A DNA stretch of 64,000 bases from Candidatus Saccharimonadia bacterium (GTDB lineage: Bacteria; Patescibacteriota; Saccharimonadia; UBA4664), in contig JBGTMQ010000008.1 of the NCBI GenBank assembly GCA_041743505.1, positions 5,183 through 69,182 on the forward strand. The letters run 5' to 3'. The notes beneath the pieces are model-generated. The model was not told where the DNA came from. It searched no databases and was given only the letters and a program-made list of their open reading frames with translations. Positions 1 to 8,112 of this stretch are shown piece by piece. Numbering within the stretch: the first letter of the stretch is position 1; every line of letters starts with the position of its first letter. The position numbers and the translations under genes were made by a program.

Positions 1-704
1 AAAGCCCCGATCAGTTATTGGCGGCCGTCCTGCAGCCCATCATGTTCACTGTGTTGTTCTTGTACGTCTTCGGCGGCGCTATCAAAACCGGCGGCACTAG
101 CTACGTTAATTTCTTGATCGCCGGTATCCTGGTCCAAACCGCCGCCTTTGGCGCCACCACTACCGCTCTCGGTGTGGCGGAGGATATGCAAAAAGGCATC
201 ATTGACCGGTTCAAGTCCTTACCCATGCTCAGCTCCGCAGTCCTGACTGGCCATGTTGTAGCGGACCTGGCGCGCAACACTATCTCGGCCATCATTATGA
301 TAGCGGTGGCCCTGGTGCTCGGATTTAGACCCGAAGCAACTCCTCTGGAATGGGCGGCCATCCTCGGCATTTTACTGCTCTTTACCTTAGCCATATCCTG
401 GCTGTCAGCCATTCTCGGTCTCATGGCCAAGAGTGTAGAAGCGGTCCAGTGGTTTAGCTTTCTCATTATCTTTCCGTTAACCTTTGCTTCCAGCGCCTTT
501 GTTCCGACCGAGGGTATGGTGGACGGATTACGCATATTTGCCGAAAATCAGCCAGTTACCCACGTTATCAATGCCATACGGGCCCTCATGATTGACGGCC
601 CCATCGGTGACCATGGCTGGCTGGCGGTAGCCTGGTGCCTCGGTATTCTTCTCGTTTCAATCCCGGTTGCCGTGCATCTATTTGGACGCAAAATAGCCCG
701 CTAA
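1..704 (+). CDS. ABC-2 family transporter permease, 5'-partial. The reading frame is open to the window edge and the first in-window start codon is TTG at 18.
   Basis: About 6 predicted TM helices. The layout is that of ABC-2/DrrB-type permeases. There is no stop upstream in frame. Confidence 0.6.
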   Translation, partial: SPDQLLAAVLQPIMFTVLFLYVFGGAIKTGGTSYVNFLIAGILVQTAAFGATTTALGVAEDMQKGIIDRFKSLPMLSSAVLTGHVVADLARNTISAIIMIAVALVLGFRPEATPLEWAAILGILLLFTLAISWLSAILGLMAKSVEAVQWFSFLIIFPLTFASSAFVPTEGMVDGLRIFAENQPVTHVINAIRALMIDGPIGDHGWLAVAWCLGILLVSIPVAVHLFGRKIAR

Positions 705-714
705 ACAAAAAAAT

Positions 715-763
715 GCCCCGCAGCAGGTGGAAAACAAATAGTTTTCCGTTCCTGCCGCAGGGC
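715..763. terminator. Long imperfect palindrome (GCCCCGCAGCAGG..GGAAAAC-loop-GTTTTCC..CCTGCCGCAGGGC). It lies between convergent genes and is copy 1 of a 3-member repeat family.
   Basis: Stem pairing was read directly from the sequence. It sits immediately 3' of both the permease (+) and paralog A (-). Confidence 0.6.
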
Positions 764-769
764 TAAGGG

Positions 770-1528
770 TCAATCGTGACTTTTCACACCTGGATGCCCC
801 ATAAGCTTGGCAAAGACCTCAAGCTCAAGCCTGAGACCTTTTGAGTCTGATGCAGACTGATAAAGCCGCTGCGCTAACTCAAGAAGATCGGCCTTCTCCG
901 GGTCGGCGTCGTCCAAATTCTTGATGCGGGTTATAGCCGATTGGAGAGACAATTGATCCCCGGTGAGAGCCGCGCGCTTAGCAAGCTCACGCTTCTCTTC
1001 TTCCTGCTGAAGGGCCTGCCGCCGCCGCTCCCTATCGACCTCATCGTTATAACCACGCCAAGCTCGGACCATGAAGACGCCGAGAATGACCAAGACAATA
1101 AGGCCGGCGATAAACACCGCAAGACCGGTATACATTGGCCACCAATGCCGGTGGGATTCCGGTAGCTCATCGGCATGCACGATATGACCGTTCTCAGAGA
1201 CATTTAAGCCCACCGAAGTTGGCGGATAGAGGCTGTCAACGCTCACGATCACCGGTGTTTGCAGAGTTTTGCCAAAATAATCCGGATGGTTCACGACCAC
1301 CAGGTGATGGTAGGTCCGGCCATTGCTGTCTTCAACCGACTGCGCGGGCTGCCCGGTTGGCACCACCGATCCGGTGACATGACGCGCAGTTTGCTGCGTC
1401 AACTCGTCACGCTGGTTGTCAATTTGTTTGGCTGATGGTAGCCACATACCCCAAATAATGAACAGGGCCACAGCGAGAACACTCATGACAGCGAAGAACG
1501 CGGCTGTGATTCCTATAGGCTTGCGCAC
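770..1528 (-). CDS. Two-TM membrane protein with a charged coiled-coil-like C-terminal tail (paralog A of 3)
   Basis: N-terminal TM (ITAAFFAVMSVLAVALFIIWGMWLP), YPDYFG motif and a second TM, followed by an RRRQALQQEEEKRELAKR tail. AAGGAG SD upstream. Homologous to the products of 1671-2435 and 2594-3088. Confidence 0.7.
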   Translation of the reverse strand: MRKPIGITAAFFAVMSVLAVALFIIWGMWLPSAKQIDNQRDELTQQTARHVTGSVVPTGQPAQSVEDSNGRTYHHLVVVNHPDYFGKTLQTPVIVSVDSLYPPTSVGLNVSENGHIVHADELPESHRHWWPMYTGLAVFIAGLIVLVILGVFMVRAWRGYNDEVDRERRRQALQQEEEKRELAKRAALTGDQLSLQSAITRIKNLDDADPEKADLLELAQRLYQSASDSKGLRLELEVFAKLMGHPGVKSHD

Positions 1529-1615
1529 GGGGACTCCTTTGCGTCAACGAACAAGCTCGAAAGTCGAGATTAATATAATCATAGCATATCTCACCATAAA
1601 TAGCAATAAAAATAC

Positions 1616-1664
1616 GCTCTGTAGCGGGCAGAAGACATTTTGTCTTCCGTCACCACCGCAGAGC
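1616..1664. terminator. Palindromic element, copy 2 (GCTCTG..GAAGAC ATTTT GTCTTC..CAGAGC)
   Basis: Perfect inner hairpin GAAGAC/GTCTTC and outer stem GCTCTG/CAGAGC. Lies 3' of paralog B. Confidence 0.6.
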
Positions 1665-1670
1665 GTCAAA

Positions 1671-2435
1671 TCAGCTTTGCTTGATAGTCCGTTCCAGCAC
1701 ATCAAGCTCAGCTCTTAGCTGGTTGGCTTGTGCCGTATCCGGCTTGCTGAGAGCTTCGGCGACGGCCCGGGCCCGATTCACCAGGTCTTGCTTGTCAGTC
1801 ACCGTGTCGCACAGCGCCATGGCCTCCGCAATACGCGCCTCCGCATCACGTTGTAGCGGCGTCAATTCAGCCTCGCGGGCTAGTTTGCGCGCCGTTGCCT
1901 CCAGCTTTTCGCGGTCCCGTTTTTCCTGGAAGTCGACCCCGATTCGGTATTCTCTCCAGGCCCTGGTTATCACCCCGCCGACCCCAATGAGTATAGCCAG
2001 ACCAAAGGCGCCTACCAACATACCGACCAAGATGGGTCCCATATGCCAGCGCGACGCTGGGCCGGTAGACGTAGCCATTTCAAAACGGCCATCCTTGTAC
2101 ACGGTGAGGCCGATCTTCAGTCGCACGTTGTCACCGGTCAAGGTCAAATCAGTCCGATGAGTCTGACCGTAATAATCCGGGTAGGTCGCCACTACTTTGA
2201 CGGCTGTGATACCACCGGACCGGGTTATCTCCGGAACCGACGAAACCGTAGCGGTCACGTACTTCTGGGTTTCGTACCATGCCTGGTCATAGCGGGCGTC
2301 TGCCTGTCTGGCAGCCGACAGCCAGGGTCCAAAGATCAGGTACAAGGCGAGGAGATAGACACCAACGGCGCCGCCAAAGGCAACTGTGATGCTGATGGGC
2401 TTGGCATTCAAGGGGAGACTCCTTAAGGATGTCAA
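1671..2435 (-). CDS. Two-TM membrane protein with charged C-terminal tail (paralog B)
   Basis: Same architecture as paralog A: TM1, YPDYYGQT motif, TM2 and an EKRDREKLEATARKLAREAEL tail. Confidence 0.7.
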   Translation of the reverse strand: MTSLRSLPLNAKPISITVAFGGAVGVYLLALYLIFGPWLSAARQADARYDQAWYETQKYVTATVSSVPEITRSGGITAVKVVATYPDYYGQTHRTDLTLTGDNVRLKIGLTVYKDGRFEMATSTGPASRWHMGPILVGMLVGAFGLAILIGVGGVITRAWREYRIGVDFQEKRDREKLEATARKLAREAELTPLQRDAEARIAEAMALCDTVTDKQDLVNRARAVAEALSKPDTAQANQLRAELDVLERTIKQS

Positions 2436-2508
2436 GACAATTTCGTGGGTACGAGGATATTATAATGTAACATAAATTGTAATGAATTACAAGCAAATCA
2501 TAAAAAGT

Positions 2509-2558
2509 GCCCCGCAGCGGGCGAAAGACATTATCGTCTTCCGTATCCGCCGCAGGGC
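2509..2558. terminator. Palindromic element, copy 3 (GCCCCGCAGCGGGC..AAGAC ATTATC GTCTT..CCGCCGCAGGGC)
   Basis: Shares the CCGCAG..GGGC / GAAGAC..GTCTTCCGT / CCGCAG(G/A)GC motifs with copies 1 and 2. Lies 3' of paralog C. Confidence 0.6.
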
Positions 2559-2593
2559 GAGTAAGTTGTCGTCTCCGAGAACAATGCCTCAGC

Positions 2594-3088
2594 TCAAGCA
2601 GTGTTTGTGTAATACCGCCGCCAAGCCAATGCCACGTATAGACCAAGCCCGATCAGCGCCGCGCCGCCCAAAATAGCGGTAATAAACCCAACAGTTCTGG
2701 GCAACGACTGCCAATCGAGAGGCGCAACGTAGGCGGCTTGCTCGGCGCTTCCGCTCTTAGAAACAATCATGTCGACTGTACCGGGCCGCTGGTCGCCCAC
2801 GCCAACCAAAATAATCGTTGTCCGCCGGGTAATGCCTTCAAAGTCCGGGTAGCTAATCAGCGCCAGGACACTCTTTGGCTCAAAGTATTGTGCCTGATCC
2901 GCAGGCACGGGCCCCGTGTCCAGCACCATTGCGGTGACCGGCTTCTGTGTCGCTGATCTCTCCGCTCTGTCGAGGGCTTCAAGGTTCTTGGCCCAGTCCA
3001 GCCAGGGCCCGAAAATCATGCCAACCAGCAAAACAAAAACACCGATGGCCGCGATAAGTGTTGCGGTGATCCCTAAAGGCTTCCTCAT
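2594..3088 (-). CDS. Two-TM membrane protein (paralog C, lacks the charged tail)
   Basis: The N-terminus MRKPLGITATLIAAIGVFVLLVGMIFGPWL matches paralog A closely. YPDFEGITRRT motif and second TM are present. The protein ends right after TM2. Confidence 0.7.
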   Translation of the reverse strand: MRKPLGITATLIAAIGVFVLLVGMIFGPWLDWAKNLEALDRAERSATQKPVTAMVLDTGPVPADQAQYFEPKSVLALISYPDFEGITRRTTIILVGVGDQRPGTVDMIVSKSGSAEQAAYVAPLDWQSLPRTVGFITAILGGAALIGLGLYVALAWRRYYTNTA

Positions 3089-3239
3089 TAAGAGCTCCTT
3101 GGAGAGTCAACAAGCCGTCGCATGGTGCGATTAATTAAGTATAACATAATTAATAACAAAAGCAAGTATAGAAAGGGGATTGGTTGATGATGGCCATAGC
3201 AACTTGGCAATTTGTAGCCGGTTTTCGTATACTAAGCGC

Positions 3240-3533
3240 ATGTCTAAACTTGGAACGACCGAAACAACCCGCATAGCGCGGTTGGCTCGCATTGGTCTGA
3301 CTCCGGATGAGACTGCGGCCATGGCCGTGGAACTCGACCGGATCGTTACGTTTGTCGAGCAACTACAAGAGGTAAATATTGAAGGCGTCGAGCCCACTGA
3401 CCAGGTTACCGGCCTAGTGGACGTTTGGCGGGAAGATGAGGTTACCCCCAGCATGCCGCGCGAACAGCTTCTGGCCAACGCACCGGCCCAAAAAAACGGC
3501 TATATTGTCGTCAAACGGGTACTCAATGGTTGA
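3240..3533 (+). CDS. gatC: Asp-tRNA(Asn)/Glu-tRNA(Gln) amidotransferase subunit C
   Basis: MSKLGTTETTRIARLARIGLTPDE...FVEQLQEV is GatC-like and the gene lies immediately upstream of gatA. The in-frame ATG at 3240 is preferred over the longer ORF that starts at 3180. Confidence 0.85.
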   Translation: MSKLGTTETTRIARLARIGLTPDETAAMAVELDRIVTFVEQLQEVNIEGVEPTDQVTGLVDVWREDEVTPSMPREQLLANAPAQKNGYIVVKRVLNG

Positions 3534-4965
3534 TCTCAAGCGCCCCATAACAGAACTTGCCGCCGAAGTCAGGTCCGGTCACGTCACCGCCGTTGAACTC
3601 GTCCAGGCCAGCCTCGACCGGATTGCGGCCAGCCAAGAATACCATGCCGTCCTGGAGTTAAACCCAAAGGCCCTCGATCAGGCCCGGGCCGTTGACGCCC
3701 GCATTGCCGCCGGCGAAAACTTGCCCCTGGCCGGCTTGCCGTTCGCGGCCAAAGACAACTTCCTGACCTTCGACACCCACACCACTGCCGCCAGCAACAT
3801 CCTGGCCAACTTCCGCGCCCCATATGAAGGCCCGGCCATCCAGCGGCTCAAGGCCGCCGGCGCGATCCTGGTAGCCAAGGCTAATCACGACGCCTTTGGT
3901 CACGGCGGCTCCACCGAAAACTCCGATTTTGGCCCTACCAAGAACCCCCATGATCCCACCCGCGTCCCCGGTGGCAGCTCCGGCGGATCGGCGGCAAGTG
4001 TGGCGCTCGGCCAAGTCGCCTTCGCCTTGGGCACCGATACCGGTGGTTCCAACCGTCAGCCGGCCCATCTCACCGGTGTCGTCGGGTTCAAGCCGACCTA
4101 TGGCCTGGTGCCGCGCTCCGGCGTGGTTGCTATGGCCTCATCCTTCGATACCATCGGCCCGCTCACCAACCGCACGGCCGACACTGCTGCAGTCCTCAAT
4201 GTTCTAGCCGGACGCCACGCCTCTGACGCCACCACCATCGAACACGACCCCGGCGGCTACCTTGTCAAGCCCGGCCACCTTAAAGGCCTCAAAATCGGCC
4301 TCATCAAAGAATATCTCGGCCAAGGCCTCGACCCCGGCATCAAACGCCAGGTACTGGCCATGGCTGAGCAACTCAGGGTCCACGGCGCTGAAGTCCACGA
4401 AATCAGCCTGCCGGCGGTCGAGCTGGCGCTGGCCGCCTATTATATCCTCGTGCCGGCCGAAATCTCATCCAACCTGGCTCGCTATGACGGCGTCAAATAC
4501 GGCCATTCCTCAGACCAGGCCACCGACCTCAGCGAAACCTACTACCTCAGCCGCCAAGAAGGCTTTGGCGCCGAAGCCCAGCGCCGCATCCTCATTGGCA
4601 CGTATGTTCTGTCCAGCGGCTACTACGATGCCTATTACAAGCGTGCCCAAAAAGTCCGTACAACGCTCATCAAAGAATTCAACCATGCGTTTACCAAAGT
4701 CGATCTTTTAATGGGCCCCCCGGCGCCAAATCCGGCCTTTCCCATCGGCGCCAGAGTCAATGATCCATTGGCCATGTATCTGGAAGATGTCATGACCGTG
4801 GTAGCTAACCTACTCGGTATACCGGCCATCTCCATCCCACTCGGCAAGGTCGGGGACTTGCCCATCGGGCTTCAACTAATCGCACCACAACGCGCCGAAC
4901 GGCACTTGCTAGCCTCAGCCCTGGCGGTCGAAGCGGTCATTGGTGATTGGAGTTCTCGCTCATGA
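3526..4965 (+). CDS. gatA: Glutamyl-tRNA(Gln) amidotransferase subunit A
   Basis: Amidase signature GGSSGGSAASVA. Length is 479 aa. The start at 3526 sits just upstream of the gatC stop at 3531-3533, so the two genes overlap. Confidence 0.92.
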   Translation: MVDLKRPITELAAEVRSGHVTAVELVQASLDRIAASQEYHAVLELNPKALDQARAVDARIAAGENLPLAGLPFAAKDNFLTFDTHTTAASNILANFRAPYEGPAIQRLKAAGAILVAKANHDAFGHGGSTENSDFGPTKNPHDPTRVPGGSSGGSAASVALGQVAFALGTDTGGSNRQPAHLTGVVGFKPTYGLVPRSGVVAMASSFDTIGPLTNRTADTAAVLNVLAGRHASDATTIEHDPGGYLVKPGHLKGLKIGLIKEYLGQGLDPGIKRQVLAMAEQLRVHGAEVHEISLPAVELALAAYYILVPAEISSNLARYDGVKYGHSSDQATDLSETYYLSRQEGFGAEAQRRILIGTYVLSSGYYDAYYKRAQKVRTTLIKEFNHAFTKVDLLMGPPAPNPAFPIGARVNDPLAMYLEDVMTVVANLLGIPAISIPLGKVGDLPIGLQLIAPQRAERHLLASALAVEAVIGDWSSRS

Positions 4966-5438
4966 TCACATTCCTCATCATCGCCCTCATCGCCGGCTTC
5001 ATTCTCATAGCCGTCATCGAAGGCACCAGCAAGCGCGGCCGTGGTTCCCGTCGCGGCTGGGGTGGCCACTCCAGCCAGCGCTCCGGCAGTAGTAATTACC
5101 GCCCCACGCCGGCCCGCCTCGACCGCGAGCAAATTGTCACCCGCTGGGCCACCATCCAGGCTATGGCCGCTGGTGGCGGCAACGGCCTGCGCCAAGCCGT
5201 CTCCGAAGCCGACAAGCTGCTCGACCATGTCATGCGCCAGTCCGGCGCCTCCGGCGACACTATGGGCGAGCGCCTCAAGTCGTTTCAGGGCCGCTTCTCT
5301 GACACCAACTCCGTCTGGCGAGCCCACAAGCTCCGCAACGCCCTGGCCCACGAAGTCGGCTACGACCTAGTCCCGAGCCAAGCCAAAGAAGCCTTGCGCG
5401 ACTTCGAGCGGGCCTTGCGCGATTTGGGGGGACTGTGA
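4962..5438 (+). CDS. Membrane-anchored hypothetical protein (N-terminal TM plus a roughly 110-aa helical domain with an Rx4H motif)
   Basis: TM ITFLIIALIAGFILIAVI. C-terminal RNALAHEVGY (R-x4-H). The ATG overlaps the gatA stop (ATGA). Confidence 0.6.
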   Translation: MITFLIIALIAGFILIAVIEGTSKRGRGSRRGWGGHSSQRSGSSNYRPTPARLDREQIVTRWATIQAMAAGGGNGLRQAVSEADKLLDHVMRQSGASGDTMGERLKSFQGRFSDTNSVWRAHKLRNALAHEVGYDLVPSQAKEALRDFERALRDLGGL

Positions 5439-5902
5439 GTCAAGCCAAACCCATCAAACACTACACCGCCACGGTCTACATCATCAGTGATGCTAAGCCC
5501 CGCAAGGCGCTGCTACTACACCACGTCAAGCATGATATGTGGACCCCGCCGGGCGGGCACCAGGAACCGTGGGAGAACCCGGTCGAGACTGCCATCCGCG
5601 AGACCAAAGAGGAGACGGGTATCGACATCGGCCCCTATTTGCAGCCTGATATTCCAGCCAGCGGTCACGCCGTCTATATTCAGCCACCCCATCACGTGCT
5701 CGAAGCCAAAATCCCGGCCCGTGACGACGAACCGGAGCACTACCACCTCGATATGGAATATATTGTCCGAATCCCCGAGCAAGCCGCCGTCCGTGAGCAG
5801 GTCAAAGCCCACAACATCGGCTGGTTCACCCTAGAAGAAATCGAAAACTTACGGACCTTTGAAGATATCCGCACCGTACTCAATCAGGAGCTAAGCCAAT
5901 GA
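5435..5902 (+). CDS. NUDIX hydrolase
   Basis: Nudix box GGHQEPWENPVETAIRETKEETGI. GTG start overlapping the upstream stop (GTGA). Confidence 0.8.
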   Translation: MSQAKPIKHYTATVYIISDAKPRKALLLHHVKHDMWTPPGGHQEPWENPVETAIRETKEETGIDIGPYLQPDIPASGHAVYIQPPHHVLEAKIPARDDEPEHYHLDMEYIVRIPEQAAVREQVKAHNIGWFTLEEIENLRTFEDIRTVLNQELSQ

Positions 5903-6558
5903 GCCCCGAAATACACCAAAAGCTCGACCGCTATTTAGACCAAGACGCTGCTTTCCGGCAAGTTTACAACTACACCCGCACACGGTTTGAAGCCGCCAAA
6001 CACCTAACAGGGCACAATTGGGACCATGCCCGCCGGGATGTACTTAATAGTATAGTGATCGGTGAGGCCGAAAGCGCCGATATGGCTACGGTTCTACCCG
6101 CCACAGTAATGCATGACATTGGCTTCCTTTACGGCTCAACCGGCAAAGAACATGCTGAGGTGGGGGCAAACAAGCTCGAGTCCTTCTTAAAAGAGGGCGA
6201 TATCGAGCTAGGCCCGGAAGCGGTGGTTTTGATCGCGGCTTGCATTCGCACTCACAAAGGTGCAATGCACGAGGCAAAGCCCGATACACTGGAGGCCAAA
6301 GTAGTATCTGATGCCGATATGCTTGAAAAATTTGGACCAGTCGGAGTCTATCAAAGCATCCGAACATTTGCTGAGTTTGATTATGATATACACCGGATCA
6401 TCCGCAACCTTAGTGTTATGGAAGGCTGGGCGCTCCAAACCGAGACCGGGCGCCGGCTGGCCGAAGACCGCAAACAGTTTAGTTCCGAATTTGCCAAGGC
6501 TTTTCGGGAAGCGTACCGGCCGTATCTGCCCGATGAGCAAGAGGAGTATAAGTCATGA
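5899..6558 (+). CDS. HD-domain phosphohydrolase
   Basis: H..HNWDHARRD and VMHDIGF motifs (the HD-domain His/Asp pair). 4-nt overlap with both neighbours. Confidence 0.75.
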   Translation: MSPEIHQKLDRYLDQDAAFRQVYNYTRTRFEAAKHLTGHNWDHARRDVLNSIVIGEAESADMATVLPATVMHDIGFLYGSTGKEHAEVGANKLESFLKEGDIELGPEAVVLIAACIRTHKGAMHEAKPDTLEAKVVSDADMLEKFGPVGVYQSIRTFAEFDYDIHRIIRNLSVMEGWALQTETGRRLAEDRKQFSSEFAKAFREAYRPYLPDEQEEYKS

Positions 6559-8012
6559 AACCGGAAATCCGCGATAAGTACGAGGTAGTCATCGGCATTG
6601 AGACCCATGTGCAGCTGGCAACTAAAAGTAAGCTATTTTGTGGTTGCAATAATGATTCACGCGAGGCAGAGCCCAATACGCATGTTTGTCAGGTCTGCTT
6701 GGGCCTGCCAGGAACGCTCCCGGTTTTAAACAAGCGGGCGGTTGAGCTGGCTTTGCGGCTTGGACAGGCTCTTAATTTTGAGTACCCGGATAATTATCAC
6801 ACTAAATTTGACCGAAAAAACTACTTTTATCCTGATTCCCCTAAGGGGTATCAAATAACGCAGTTCGATGAACCGGTCATTGGAGAAGGGTATATTGAGT
6901 TTCCCCTCAATACTAAAATCAATCGAGTCGGTATAACACGAGCCCATCTAGAAGGCGACGCCGGCAAACTAACTCACCCGGAAGGGGCAGATTATTCGCT
7001 AGTAGACTTAAACCGGGCGGAAACACCTTTAATCGAGGTCGTCAGCGAGCCGGATATGCGCTCGGCGGCCGAGGCTAAAGGTTACGCCCAGGAGCTCTAC
7101 AATATTGTGAGGTACACCGGTGTCAGTGATGCCAACCTTTATTACGGTAATATGCGCTTTGACGTCAACGTCAGCGTGCGGTTGGTTGGCGCCGCAGAGT
7201 TCGGCACCCGCACCGAGACCAAGAACCTCAACAGCTTCCGGGCCATCGAGCGGGTAGTTGAATACGAGGTCCAGCGCCAGGTCACCCAGATCGAAAACGG
7301 CCACCGCATCATCCAGGAAACCCGCGGCTGGGACGACGCCAAACAGCAAACCTACAGCATGCGCAGCAAAGAGGACGCCGACGAGTACCGTTACTTCCCG
7401 GAGCCTGACCTGCCGCCCCTAATAATCACGCGAGCTATGGTTGAAGCTCAAGCCAACGAGCTCGGCCTATTGCCGTACGATCTCCGCGCCGAGCTAGCCG
7501 CTGCCAACATGCCGCCCAAAGAAAGCGAAGTTCTCGTAGCCGATCCCGACGCCGCCCGCCTCTGGCATGACATCGTCAGCGCCCACCCGGAGCACGCCCG
7601 GTTCGCCTTCACCTGGCTCATTGGTGACGCCGTCAAACTGGCCGAAACCAACAGTCAAACGCTCCTTGATTCCGGCATCACGGCCCAGCCACTGGCGGCA
7701 GTAGCCAAAATGGTGGCCGGCGGACAACTCAGCAACACCAATGCCAAAATCTTGCTAGCCCACATCTGGGAACATGGCGACACTGATCCCGAGGCTCAGG
7801 CCGCCAAGCTTGGCCTCATCCAGGAGTCCAACGAAGGCGAACTCGCTACCGTAGTCGATCAAGTCATCGCCGAAAACGCCCAGGCCGTCACTGATTACAA
7901 AGCTGGCAACCAGCGGGCCTTCGGTTCCCTCGTCGGACAGGCCATGAAGAAAACTCAAGGCAAAGGCAACCCGCCCCTCATCAATAAGCTTCTCAAAGAC
8001 CGCCTCGGGTAG
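6555..8012 (+). CDS. gatB: Asp-tRNA(Asn)/Glu-tRNA(Gln) amidotransferase subunit B
   Basis: YEVVIGIETHVQL at the N-terminus and a C-terminal GatB/YqeY-like domain. 485 aa. Confidence 0.92.
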   Translation: MKPEIRDKYEVVIGIETHVQLATKSKLFCGCNNDSREAEPNTHVCQVCLGLPGTLPVLNKRAVELALRLGQALNFEYPDNYHTKFDRKNYFYPDSPKGYQITQFDEPVIGEGYIEFPLNTKINRVGITRAHLEGDAGKLTHPEGADYSLVDLNRAETPLIEVVSEPDMRSAAEAKGYAQELYNIVRYTGVSDANLYYGNMRFDVNVSVRLVGAAEFGTRTETKNLNSFRAIERVVEYEVQRQVTQIENGHRIIQETRGWDDAKQQTYSMRSKEDADEYRYFPEPDLPPLIITRAMVEAQANELGLLPYDLRAELAAANMPPKESEVLVADPDAARLWHDIVSAHPEHARFAFTWLIGDAVKLAETNSQTLLDSGITAQPLAAVAKMVAGGQLSNTNAKILLAHIWEHGDTDPEAQAAKLGLIQESNEGELATVVDQVIAENAQAVTDYKAGNQRAFGSLVGQAMKKTQGKGNPPLINKLLKDRLG

Positions 8013-8019
8013 CAAATAC

Positions 8020-8049
8020 TTGCAATAAAACTAGTAATGTGCTATAATT
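8020..8049 (+). promoter_or_regulatory. Sigma70-type promoter TTGCAA-N18-TATAAT upstream of the helicase gene
   Basis: TTGCAA at 8020-8025 and TATAAT at 8044-8049. Confidence 0.55.
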
Positions 8050-8112
8050 AACATAGGACCGCATATCATGCGGTCGTTCTTTTACAGTCTATCCTCAGAG
8101 AAGGTGATAGCA

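Noticed and set aside
101-535. 144-aa minus-strand ORF inside the ABC-2 permease gene
   Set aside because: It is antisense to a well-supported membrane-protein gene. GC-rich frames produce long spurious ORFs of this kind.
8068-8112. Upstream ATG at 8068 as the helicase start
   Set aside because: It has no SD. The ATG at 8113 is preceded by GAAGGTGA at ideal spacing.
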